Shown: positions 43,187-54,395, counted from the first letter of the stretch. The stretch: 64,000 nt of DNA from Octopus sinensis (GCF_006345805.1 NC_042998.1:53754001-53818000), one strand, 5' to 3'. The notes: generated by a model not told the origin, from the letters alone. Program-made: numbers and translations.

Positions 43187-45666
43187 TCTTTTTTTACATA
43201 AGTTATTTCTATGGTAACGTAATTTTGGTTTGATTTTTTTAACGGCTAAGAATTTAATTTCACTTCATAATTTGACACTGAATTGTAAGTATGTATTTTA
43301 TTTATCCTTATGTCATATTGTTATTTTTGATATTCTGGTTAATTACGATGTATTTAATGTTGTTTTCATAGGTGTGTTTATGTATATGAGATTGTGTGTG
43401 TATAAGTCGTGGGTCTGTGGTTTACGAGTGTGTATTTGTGTGTGAATGTTTAGGTTAGGGAGATTGCTATATAGGTTTGTTATAGAGTTTAGCAAAGGGA
43501 GATTTATCGTTATATGTTTTTAGGAGTTTTGGTTTATCATGGTTTTTTTAGGGAATTCGTGGTAATTTGTCTATTTTCGATGTTGGTTGTTTTATTACAT
43601 TGTTTCATTCATAATTTTTGAGTGGTGTTCGTTTTGCCACGTGAATAACCGGGAGGTGGACTAGCGTTGTTTGGAATTGTGAATGGAATAGTGTAGTAGT
43701 GAGGTAGGCATAGAGAATGGGTTTGGGTTACTGCAAGTTGTTTGTTAGTCTTTTTTTACATAAGTTATTTCTATGGTAACGTAATTTTGGTTTGATTTTT
43801 TTAATGGCTAAGAATTTAATTTCACTTCATAATTTGACACTGAATTGTAAGTATGTATTTTATTTACCTTTATGTCATATTGTTATTTTTGATATTCTGG
43901 TTAATTACGATGTATTTAATGTTGTTTTCATAGGAGTGTTTATGTATATGAGATTGTGTGCGAGTTTTTAGTTGTATAATTTATTTATCTGTATGAGTGT
44001 GGGTGTGTATATATTGTTTTATATATCGAGTTTAGTGAGTATGTATATGCGTATATGTGAGGGAGTATATGTATCTGTTGTGTGTGTGTTTTGCGTGTGT
44101 GTGTGTTTGTGTGTGAATGTGTATATGGGTTTGTTATTTAGGTTTTGGGATGTATGAGTTAATTTGTCTGTGTGGGAGGGAGTGGGTTTTGGTGTATATG
44201 GAGGTTTATAAGTTAGTTTAGGTATGTGTATAAGTCGTGGGTCTGTGGTACGTGTGTGTTTGTGTGTGAATGTTTAGGTTAGGGGGATTACTATATAGGT
44301 TTGTTATAGAGTTTAGCAAAGGGAGATTTTATCGTTATATGTTTTTTAAGAGTTTTGGTTTATCATGGTTTTTTTAGGGAATTCGTAGTAATTTGTCTAT
44401 TTTCGATGTTGGTTGTTTTATTATATTGTTTCATTCATAATTTTTGAGTGGTGTTCGTTTTGCCACGTGAATTTTATTTTTAATCCCATTTATTCCATTT
44501 CTCCATTCATTAATTTAGAGATGTTCGTTTCCAGAGCGGTTATACTTTTTATATATATTTTAAGTTCCTTGGTAAAGTAATTTTGTTTGGTGTATATGTT
44601 AAGGCTTATATGTACTTGTGGGTGTGTGTGAGTGGGGTGGGAGTTTGTATTTGTTATGGGTGTGTGGTTACGTGTGGTTTTGTGTGTGAATGTATAGGTA
44701 AAGGAATTGCTATATAAGTATGTTTTAGTGTTTAGTAAAGGGAGGTTTTATCATTTCTGTTTTGTGAGTTTTAGCTTATCATGGTAGTTTTATAAAAGAA
44801 TCCATTCATAATTTTTGTGTTTTTGTCTGTCTGTGGGGTTGAGTGGGTTTTTGGAGTATATGTTGAGGTTTATATGTATGTATTGGTATGTGTAAGTGGT
44901 GTGGGTATTTGTATATGTCGTGGGTGTGTGGTTTACGTGTGTGTATTTGTGTGTGAATGTTTAGGTTAGGGGGATTGCTATATAGGTTTGTTATAGAGTT
45001 AGTAAAGGGAGATTTTATCATTATATGTTTTTATGAGTTTTGGTTTATCATGGTAGGTTTGATAAGGAATTCGTAGTAATTTGTGTCTATTTGCGATGTC
45101 TGTTGTTTTATTGCATTGTTTCATTCATAATTTTTAAGTAGTGTTCGTTTTACCAAGTGAATATAATTTTAATTCCATTTATTCCATTTCTCCGTTCATA
45201 GTTTTGAGTGATGTCCGTTTTCTAGAGCGTGAATGTGGGTTGTATGTGTGTGTGTGTGGGAGTATGAATAAGTATTGTGTTGAAGTATTTAGCTATTTTA
45301 TTTATTTATAGTTGCCTAGACATTTTTATGTGTATGTATAGGGATATATATATAGGTGTGTGATTTAGTGTATGTAGTTAGATATGGTTATATATAATTA
45401 GGTATATGTGTATGGGTGTATATATAGTTTATATTATATTATTATTATTTTTTTTGTTTTGTTTTATATTTTATATTTTATATTTTATATTTTATATTTA
45501 ATTGTTGATAGGTTTTTTTAGTTTATATATTGTTTATATATTGATTATATATGGATTATAGATAGGTTATATATGGATTATATACTTATATTTTTTCATT
45601 CATACTTTAATTATTTTAAAATTATTATTTTTATATTTTAAAATATTGATTTTTTAGATTGGAAGT

Positions 45667-45709
45667 CCACCTGAAGATTGTCGATCAAGACAAGAAACGA
45701 TTGTAGTGG
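45667..45709 (+). ncRNA. Minimal type I hammerhead ribozyme (PLE-type), predicted cleavage after GUA at 45705
   Basis: CCAC-CTGAAGA-TTGTC(GATCAA)GACAA-GAAA-C(GATT)GT-A-GTGG: stem I, core, stem II, GAAA, minimal stem III and NUH site are all in canonical order. Confidence 0.8.
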
Positions 45710-45880
45710 CGGTTTTTTGACTATTTATTAAAATTTTATGTATTGATTAAGTCTTTCCTTGTTTGTTTTGCAAAATAGTGGTTTTGTCTCTAATAATATT
45801 TTATAATATTTACTATAAAATCGATTTAATCCTAAATCTGATTTTTTCCCTGTAAATTGGATTTATTCCCTAATATTTAT

Positions 45881-45913
<33 letters not shown>

Positions 45914-45917
<4 letters not shown>

Positions 45918-47127
45918 GTTGGCAACTAAGTTCCCGCTGTTTTTTTTAAATTTTGGAATCTATAGTTTTCGAGAATTCTATTTTTGAATCATTTTGGTAT
46001 TTATTTTGGTTTTTTCTAGTTAATTTTAGTTAATTTTTGTTTATTTTCAGATCATTAAAATGGAATGTCAACTTTAGAAAAACAAGCATTTTCGACACCT
46101 TTTTGCTTTTAATCAAGGCTCTAAGGCCACAAAAGCTGCTTATGACACTTGTGCTGTGTATGGTGAGGGTGCCATAGCTGAAAGAACTGCTCGTGATTGG
46201 TATGTGAAGTTCAAAAATGGAAATTTTGACCTCAAAGACACACCTCATTCTGGCTGTTCAGTTGAGTTCAATGAAGAGTGATTAAACCAACTTTTGCATG
46301 AAAGTTCTCATCAAACGACAAGGGAACTGGCAGAGAAAATGGAATGCTCCCACACTGCTTTAGAGAAGCATCTTCACTTGATGGGAAAGGTTCAGAAGTA
46401 TAGAGCATGGGTTCCACATGCTTTAAGTGACAACAATAAAAATCAACGAACCACAATCTCTACTGGGTTGCTTGCTTGTCACCGCTCAACTCATGGACAC
46501 AAGCAACGATTTCTTTACAGAATCATTACTGGTGACAAAAAATGGTGCCTGTACATCAATATGAAGCAGCATAAGGAATGGCTTAGCCCCAGTAAACAAG
46601 CGACACCTTGTGTGAAACAAGATCTTCATCCACGTAAAACGATGTTGTGCATATGGTGGGATTGGGAAGGGATTATCCATTACGAATTGCTTGACTCAAA
46701 ATGGCTATTCAAGAGAAAAGACCTAATTGGCAGCATGGAGTTCTTCTGCTGCACGACAACACCCGCCCTCTTATCATCAATATGACCAAAGAAGGCATTC
46801 AAACGCATGACTGGGAAGTGCTGCCACACCCACTGTACTCTCCTGATTTGGCACCAACAGATATCCACCTCTTTCAATCTCTTCCAAATGCTATGCGCAG
46901 AGTTTCATTCAATACTGATACAGAATTGAGAGCTTCATTGGATCAATTTTGCGAGACGAAATCGGGTGATTTCCACCAACAAAGTATTGAAAATCTTGTT
47001 GAACATTGGGAAGAAGTTGTAAACAACAAGGGGGAATATATTATTGATTAATTAGTTGTTATTTTTTATTAAACCTTTCAAAAATTTTAAATTTAAAAAA
47101 ACGGCAGGAACTTAGTTGCCAACCCAA
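45914..47127 (+). mobile_element. Near-full-length mariner (DD34D) element, 1214 bp, TA TSD
   Basis: TIRs TTGGGTTGGCAACTAAGTTCC / GGAACTTAGTTGCCAACCCAA; TA at 45912-13 and 47128-29. Confidence 0.95.
46060..47051 (+). pseudogene. Mariner transposase pseudogene
   Basis: WVPHAL, TGDKKW, MLCIWWDWEGIIHYELL, LLHDN and YSPDLAPTD motifs; 34 residues between the 2nd and 3rd D. Early stop, frameshifts and a deletion after YELL. Confidence 0.95.
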
Positions 47128-47365
47128 TATATATATGTATATATGTATATATGTATTTGTGTGTCTGTGTTTGTCCCCACCATCGCCTGACAACCGATGT
47201 TTATATGTTTATGTCTCTGTAGCTTAGCAGTTCAGCAAAAGAGACTGATAGAATAAGTACTAGACTTACAGAAAATAAGTCCTGGGGTTGATTTCTTTGA
47301 CTAAAAGCAGTGCTCCAGCATGGCTGCAGTCAAATGACTGAAACAAGTAAAACAATAAAAGAATA
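47128..47365 (+). mobile_element. 3' half of the SINE family A copy begun at 38841
   Basis: (TA)/(TG) tract, then GTGTTTGTCCCCACC...AAGTCCTGGGG...GTCAAATGACTGAAACAAGTAAAA. Confidence 0.8.
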
Positions 47366-47799
47366 CACGAATTCACCCCAAAGTGATTTATGGTAAAGTT
47401 CACCTCGGCAGAATTTGAATTCAGAATATAAGTGCAGACAAAATGCTACTAAGCATTTTGTTTGGCATGCTAGTGATTCTGCCAGCTTGCTACTTTAATA
47501 GTAACAACAATAATAATGGTTTCAAATTTTGGTACAAGGCCAGTAATTTCGGGGGAATGGGTAAGTCAGTTGAAACTATTATTACTATAATTACTAAGGC
47601 AGCAGGCCAGCAGAATTGTTTGCATGCTGGACGAAATGCTTAGTGGTATTTAATCCTAAGTTCTGAGTTCAAATTCTGCTGAGGCTGACTTTGCCTTTTG
47701 GGGTCAATAAAATAAATACCAGTCATGTGCCAGAGTCAATGTAATAATAACATCGTAAAATACCTTAGGAATGAGAACCCAGGTTCGAAATTTCCCCAA

Positions 47800-47845
47800 A
47801 ACACCTGATGAAGGCTGGAGGGTATATCAGCCGAAATGTTGTGTT
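47800..47845 (+). ncRNA. Degenerate hammerhead motif in a short PLE-like fragment (~47750-47915)
   Basis: AACAC-CTGATGA-A-GGCTG(GAGGGTATAT)CAGCC-GAAA-TGTT-GTGTT. Stem III is reduced to near-palindromic AA(C>T)GTT, so it could only form as a dimer. Confidence 0.55.
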
Positions 47846-47970
47846 AACAACAAACAAGACGAGGACAAATATCCGTCAAAAGTAAATAATATACATAATT
47901 CCTCATCTCTTAAATATGGAACTAAATAACAACAACAAAAACAACAATAACAATAATAATAATGATGATG

Positions 47971-48006
<36 letters not shown>

Positions 48007-48281
48007 TAATAATAATAATAATCCTTTCTACTATAAGCACAAGGCTGGAAATTTTTAGTGGGCAGGAGCTAGTTAATTACATCGAACCCAGTGCATAACT
48101 GGCATTTAATTTATTAAATCCAAAAGGATAAAAAGCAGAGACAACCTTGGTGGAATTTGAACTCAGAAGATAAAGATAGACTAAATGCTGCTAAGCATTT
48201 CATCCAGTGCAGTAACGATTCTGCCAACTCACTGCCTTCAATAATGATGATGATGATGATAATAATGATAATAATAATAAC

Positions 48282-48314
<33 letters not shown>

Positions 48315-48315
<1 letters not shown>

Positions 48316-48869
48316 GCCCTGATGCAGTACCAGGCAGTGGCTCTCATGGCTTCTCATCTTAACTGATTGGAAGTGTTATCATGTACATTGTTTTGTCTTG
48401 GTATAAAAGATGGGCTACATCAAATATTCTGCTCAATACCACAGATTTTCCTGTCAGTTGTTTGACCTTAACCAGTTGAGCATGTCCCTTAGTGGCTGAC
48501 GATATGTGCATCTCTGATCATAAGCAGAAGTAGTAGGGGAGCATCATAGCCATGTGTTGAGAGGGATTCTTTGGGGTTTGAATAATTCACCTCTGGAAAC
48601 ATGGGTGTTTCGTTCAACATCCTTAAACAACCCTTATTCAGGGACCTTTTGAGCGGAATGGGTTACTCGACCAGAAGAAAATTCTAACTGGGCTCCACCT
48701 GCAAAGTCATGTGCTGTTTATCTTGATATGAGATCACCATGTCGCACACATATGGTTGTGATGCATGGGCCTGGTGTACTCTTATCAGACGGGTAGTCAT
48801 GATAGGTATATTGGGCTTCGTATATTTTACCCCAGTGTCACTTTGATGGCATGCACTGCTCTCTCACTC
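48315..48869 (+). mobile_element. 555-bp (AAT)n-embedded repeat element
   Basis: Starts TGCCCTGATGCAGTAC and ends GCTCTCTCACTC; pure (AAT)n on both sides. Confidence 0.85.
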
Positions 48870-48896
48870 AATAATAATAATAATAATAATAATAAT

Positions 48897-50661
48897 ATTC
48901 ATCTCATCATTTACATCGATGATTTAAAGCTCTTTGCAAAAAATGACCAACAACTCAAGGGCTTACTAACGATTGTTAAACAATTCAGTGATGATATCAG
49001 AATGCAATTTGGCCTCGATAAATGTGAAAAAGCTACCTTTATCAAAGGAAAAATGATAGAAACATCTAACGTTTACCTCGACCAGCAGAATGTCATAAAA
49101 GAGTTAGACCCAGTGGAGAGCTACAAGTACCTAGGGGTAATTGAAGGGGACGGAATAAGGCATTCAGTGATAAAGAAAAGGATCAGGAGAGAATGATATC
49201 ACAGAGTAAGAGCAATAGTCAAGACAGAGCTGAATGCGAGAAACAGGATTGAAGCGATCAATGCTTTAGCCATACCAGTCGTGACTTACAGTTTCAATAT
49301 CATTAACTGGTCAATTACTGAAATATGTAATCTTGACAGAAAAATATGAAAACTGTTGACAATGCATAGAATGCACCACCCTAAGGCAGATATAGAACAA
49401 CTTTATCTGCCAAGAAAAGAGGGAGGCTGTGGGCTTTTACAACTGGCAATAACAATGAAGATTGCTACAATTGGCCTAGACACCTAGCTGAAAAACTCTG
49501 AGGACTGGATGTTAAAACTTGTCTCAAAACATGAAAACAAGAAAGCATCATACTCAGTCACAAAACAGACAAAGGAATATCTAAGTGAATTCCGAATACA
49601 ACAAATTTCGGAATTAGACATATAAGAAACAAGCACAGAAAAAGCTAAGCGCATGGAAACCCATGCTAAAACTGCTGCCTTAGATATTCTGAATGATAAA
49701 TGGCAAGAAAAACCTCTCAATGGCAAATACCCAAAGAGAGCGAATAATGCAGATGTTGACAAAGCCCTGACCCGTCAATGGCTAATGGCCTCTGGCTTAA
49801 AATCTGAAACAGAAGGGTTTATCATAGCAGCTCAAGATCAATGTCTACCTACAAGGAACTACCTACCAGGCCAATATATTAAAGAATGGCAGTAGCCCAA
49901 CATGTCGTGTATGTCAACAACAAAATGAAACCATTGATCATATTGTCTCCAAGTGCAGTCTTCTTGCGCCTACAGAGTAACTCAACAGGCATGATAGAGC
50001 TGCACAATATATTCACTGGGTAATTTGCAAAAGCTTGGACTTGCCCCATGATAAAAACTGGTGGGAACACAAACCACCTCTAGTGCTTGAAAATGACCAC
50101 ATCTCACTCCTCTGGAACTTCACCATTCAAACTGAGAGAAAGATAGATGCGAATAGGCCAGACATCATAATAAAAAACTTCAGGCAAAAAACATGCCTGC
50201 TCATTGATATGACAGTCCCAATTGATATAAACATATCTGTCAAGACCTACCAGAAACTGAGCAAATATAAAGATCTGGAAATAGAAATCAGCAAAATGTG
50301 GAACCTAAAGACTAAAACAGTACCTGTTGTCATAGGTGCCCTGGGAATGATAGCAAAAGGGGCTGATTGCTACCTAACTCAGATACCAGGAAACCCCAAA
50401 ATGGCAGAAATTCAAAAGATAGTGCTCACGAGAACAGCTCATATCCTACACAAAATACTTTCTATGTAATCTCAAGTTTTAAGACAAACATAATTTTCAT
50501 ATGGTTTTTTAGGCATTCACTAGTACAACACTTAGTACTAAACCAAATATGTGGCACCTTAGGCATAACACCAACACGAACTTCCAGCTTGTTATCTCTT
50601 GAGGTCTCTGGGTGAGACTTGGAGCCAGCTTGTGCAAATGTAAAGCAAAAGTCAAATATGG
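48897..50661 (+). pseudogene. 5'-truncated R4/Dong-like non-LTR retrotransposon (RT C-terminus, CCHC, RLE)
   Basis: YIDD, FGLDKC, YKYLG, SETEGFIIAAQDQ, CRVC...HIVSKC, RHD, RPDIII...LLIDM...K...Y..L (RLE). Bounded by (AAT)n at both ends; several stops and frameshifts. Confidence 0.9.
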
Positions 50662-50682
50662 AATAATAATAATAATAATAAT

Positions 50683-51907
50683 AGAATATAAGAAATGGAG
50701 GCACGATCAGGTTGTAAAAACTTTACACAGGAAACTTTGCCAGAAATGGGGACTTGAAGCTGGAAACATTGTACAATCATTGGATCAAGGAGTACTAGAA
50801 TCAGAGAAATGTAAGATTTTGTGGGACTGCCCTCTTCAAACAGACAGAAAGTTATAAAAATAATAGACTGGATATAACAGTCATAGATAAGGAAAAGTAA
50901 AGTTGCTTACTAATCAACCCATCATGCCCATTTGATTCCAAGATTGTGGAGAAAGAGGACAAAAAACAAAAGAAAAAAAGACAATCCCTTAAAATTTGAA
51001 ATAGGAAAAATTTGAAGCATGTGAACAATAAAGGTTGTGTCTATAATAATTGGTGCATTGAGAACAGTAAGCAAAGATATTTACAAGTGGCTGAAGGAGA
51101 TTGGAATAGAATGCCCTGCAGAGCTCCTATAGAAAGTTTGTCTCTTAGGGACAGCAAGAATAATCAGGAGAGTTCTAAGCACTTGGAAGACTACTGAGAA
51201 CTTGTGGATACCTAAGGTTACAGGTAGTAACCCACTACCCACATAAACCCTACCAGAATAAGACTGGACCTGAGTCAAACCAAATAATAATAATAATAAT
51301 AATAATAATAGAATATAAGAAATGGAGGCACGATCAGGTTGTAAAAACTTTACACAGGAAACTTTGCCAGAAATGGGGACTTGAAGCTGGAAACATTGTA
51401 CAATCATTGGATCAAAGAGTACTAGAATCAGAGAAATGTAAGATTTTGTGGGACTGCCCTCTTCAAACAGACAGAAGTTATAAAAATAATAGACTGGATA
51501 TAACAGTCATAGATAAGGAAAAGTAAAGTTGCTTACTAATCAACCCATCATGCCCATTTGATTCCAAGATTGTGGAGAAAGAGGACGAAAAACAAAAGAA
51601 AAAAAGACAATCCCTTAAAATTTGAAATAGGAAAAATTTGAAGCATGTGAACAATAAAGGTTGTGTCTATAATAATTGGTGCATTGAGAACAGTAAGCAA
51701 AGATATTTACAAGTGGCTGAAGGAGATTGGAATAGAATGCCCTGCAGAGCTCCTATAGAAAGTTTGTCTCTTAGGGACAGCAAGAATAATCAGGAGAGTT
51801 CTAAGCACTTGGAAGACTACTGAGAACTTGTGGATACCTAAGGTTACAGGTAGTAACCCACTACCCACATAAACCCTACCAGAATAAGACTGGACCTGAG
51901 TCAAACC
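50683..51907 (+). repeat. Tandem duplication (2 x ~626 bp) of a decayed R4/Dong-like RLE 3' fragment separated by (AAT)n
   Basis: Identical ORF-track peptides at 51012 and 51638; units 50683-51281 and 51310-51907; RHD...WDCPLQTDR...IIGAL motifs. Confidence 0.9.
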
Positions 51908-52358
51908 AAATAATAATAATAATAATAATAATAACGACAACAACATTAACAATAATACAAAAGAATTATTATTCATCTGTAGTAATACAGATGAAAATCA
52001 AAATGCTCAAAAACTTGATTTTCTAATTTTAGTTGAAGCATGGAACAAACTGTCGGAGCACTGCATCCTTTAAAACTTCCATGCTTCCTGAGATTCGCCA
52101 ACACTACACCTGATTTTCTCCCCTCCATACACATGCAAGCATGTATCTGACTCATACGCTGTTTGCTTTCCAGCCATTTGTACATTAATGCATTTACTTT
52201 ATATGTTCTTTTGACAAGTTGTGGTGCACCTGAGCACTGTATACAATAATTTCATTATTATTATTATTATATTATAAAATTACTAACTTCTTTATAAAGG
52301 TTACTACCCCTTCTTTTTCAAGAAATTATGAAGCTGCTGTATTTGTCAGTAATTTCTT

Positions 52359-52760
52359 ATTTCTTTACTGCCTACAAGGGGCTAAACACAGAGGGGACAA
52401 ACAAGGACAGACAAATGGATTAAGTCAATTATATCAACGCCAGTGCGTAACTGGTACTTATTTAATCGACCTCAAAAGGATGAAAGGCTAAGTCGACCTC
52501 GGCAGAATTTGAACTCAGAACGTAAAGACAGACGAAATACCTATTTCTTTACTACCCACAAGGGGCTAAACACAGAGGGGACAAACGGATTAAGTCGATT
52601 ACATCGACCCCAGTGTGTAACTGGTACTTATTTAATCAACCCCGAAAGGACAAAAGGCAAAGTTGACCTCGGTAGAAATTGAACTCAGAATGTATAGACA
52701 GACGAAATGCCGCTAAGCATTTCGCCCGGCGTGCTAACGTTTCTGCCAGCTTGCTGCCTT
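52359..52760 (-). mobile_element. Dimeric SINE family C with 17-bp TSD
   Basis: TTTGTCAGTAATTTCTT at 52342-52358 and 52761-52777; same internal junction as the 26.7 kb copy. Confidence 0.9.
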
Positions 52761-53282
52761 TTTGTCAGTAATTTCTTGAGTATCTGTTGTATTTAGTTTA
52801 TATATTGTTCACACAAACGACTAAATCTCTTCGGTTATAGGTGCCTGATTATTCTTTAGTCTTTCAAATAACAACATTTATAACTGTCTCTCATCTTTTC
52901 CAGCTCAGTAAATATAAATGTAATTATATATTTATAATTAGATATTTTCCCCCTCCTCTAGTTTTCTTACATGGAATATAGTATGAGTGAATCACATTAT
53001 AAAATCATAATTAGATATTGCCAATTACTATTTATCTTTGCATAGTCTCAGCCATAACTGTTTCAACAATTAACTTTATTATTATATAATGACAACCACA
53101 GCTAAAGGGTTATTGATTTATATTTAATCATTAGCATTGCACACTAACTGTGGTCAAAGTATTTAACTCTAAACGGTGGCCCAGTCATCTCAAGTTGTAA
53201 ACGAATAAATAAACTGAAATGGGGTACATCTGTCGAATATTTTGTTAGTTTACAGGTTTTGTGTTCAAGATGTTTATCCAGG

Positions 53283-53712
53283 GGTGGTGGCATGGCTGTG
53301 GGGTAAGAAGTTTGCTTCCCAACCACATGGTTCTGAGTTTAGTCCCACTGTGTGACACCTTAGGCAACTGTCTTCTACTATAGCCTCAGGCCGACCAAAG
53401 CCTTGTGAGTGGATTTGGTGGATGGAAAACTGAAAGAAGCCCATAATATATATATATATATATATATATATTTGTCTGTGTATGTGTGAGTGTGTCTTTG
53501 TGTCTGTGTTTGTCCCCACCATCTCCTGGCAACTGTTGATGTGTTTATATCCCAGTGACTTAGCAGTTTGGTGAAATAGACTGATAGAGTAAGTACCAAG
53601 TTTAAAAAGGAAAATTAGTACTGGTGTCAATTGATTAAACTAAAAATTCTTCAAGGTGGTGCCCCAGCATGGCCACAGTCTAATGACTAAAACAAGTAAA
53701 ACATAAAAGATA
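53283..53712 (+). mobile_element. SINE family A
   Basis: Head TGGCTGTGGGGTAAG, internal (TA)n, tail ACAAGTAAAA. Confidence 0.75.
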
Positions 53713-53749
53713 TAGAACCTGCAATAAACAGGACTACGTTGATTGGAAA

Positions 53750-54395
53750 TGAGGGTAAAGACCCCCTTTGGTCATGAATGACCATGGAATTGCACCAAGA
53801 AAGTTACTCCCCGAGGCACAACTCCAGGCAAGGTTGTTTATAGAAGACCCGCAGTTGCCCATGCATACCAGCCTCCCCTCTTCATACTACCAATGTTATG
53901 TAAAGGAAAAGCAAAGGCTGATACAACTTAGCACCATTGATGTTTCAATTCATTTCTACTGCTGAGTGAACTGGAGCAATATGAAATAAAGTGTCTTGCT
54001 CAAGAACACAACACACAGCCCAGTCTGGGAATCAAACCCTCTACCTCATATGCATATGTATATCTGGGTAAAGACCCCCTATGGTCATGAATGACCATGG
54101 GATTGCATCTGGAAAGTTACCTTCCAAAGCACAAGTCTGAGCAAGGCTGTTTAAGGAAGACCAACAGTCACCCATGCATACAAGCCTCCCCTCTCCATGT
54201 CACTGATACTATACAAGGGAAAGGCAAAAGCCAATACAGCTTGGTACCAGTGATGTTACATCTCATTCTACAGTTGAGTGAACTGGAGCAATGTGAAATA
54301 AAATGCCTTGTTCAAGAACACAACACAGCCTGGTCCAGGAAATGAACTCACTACCTCATGATTGTGAGCCCAATGCTCTAACCACTGAGTCATAT
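53750..54395 (-). mobile_element. Two tandem SINE family B copies
   Basis: GGGTAAAGACCCC...TGGTCATGAATGACCATGG occurs at ~53753 and ~54066. Confidence 0.75.

Larger units (their letters stand above)
39033..45885. mobile_element. Giant foldback, hammerhead-bearing, non-coding Penelope-like element derivative
   Basis: 39033-41349 is the reverse complement of ~43494-45805. The right side has extra tandem modules (41790-43494) and an ~80-bp unmirrored tail (45806-45885). (TA)n flanks both sides and there is an HHR in each arm. Confidence 0.8.

Noticed and set aside
39611-43700. Repeat modules considered as a CRISPR-like array
   Set aside because: Units are hundreds of bp long and diverged, with no unique spacers and no cas genes; eukaryotic context.
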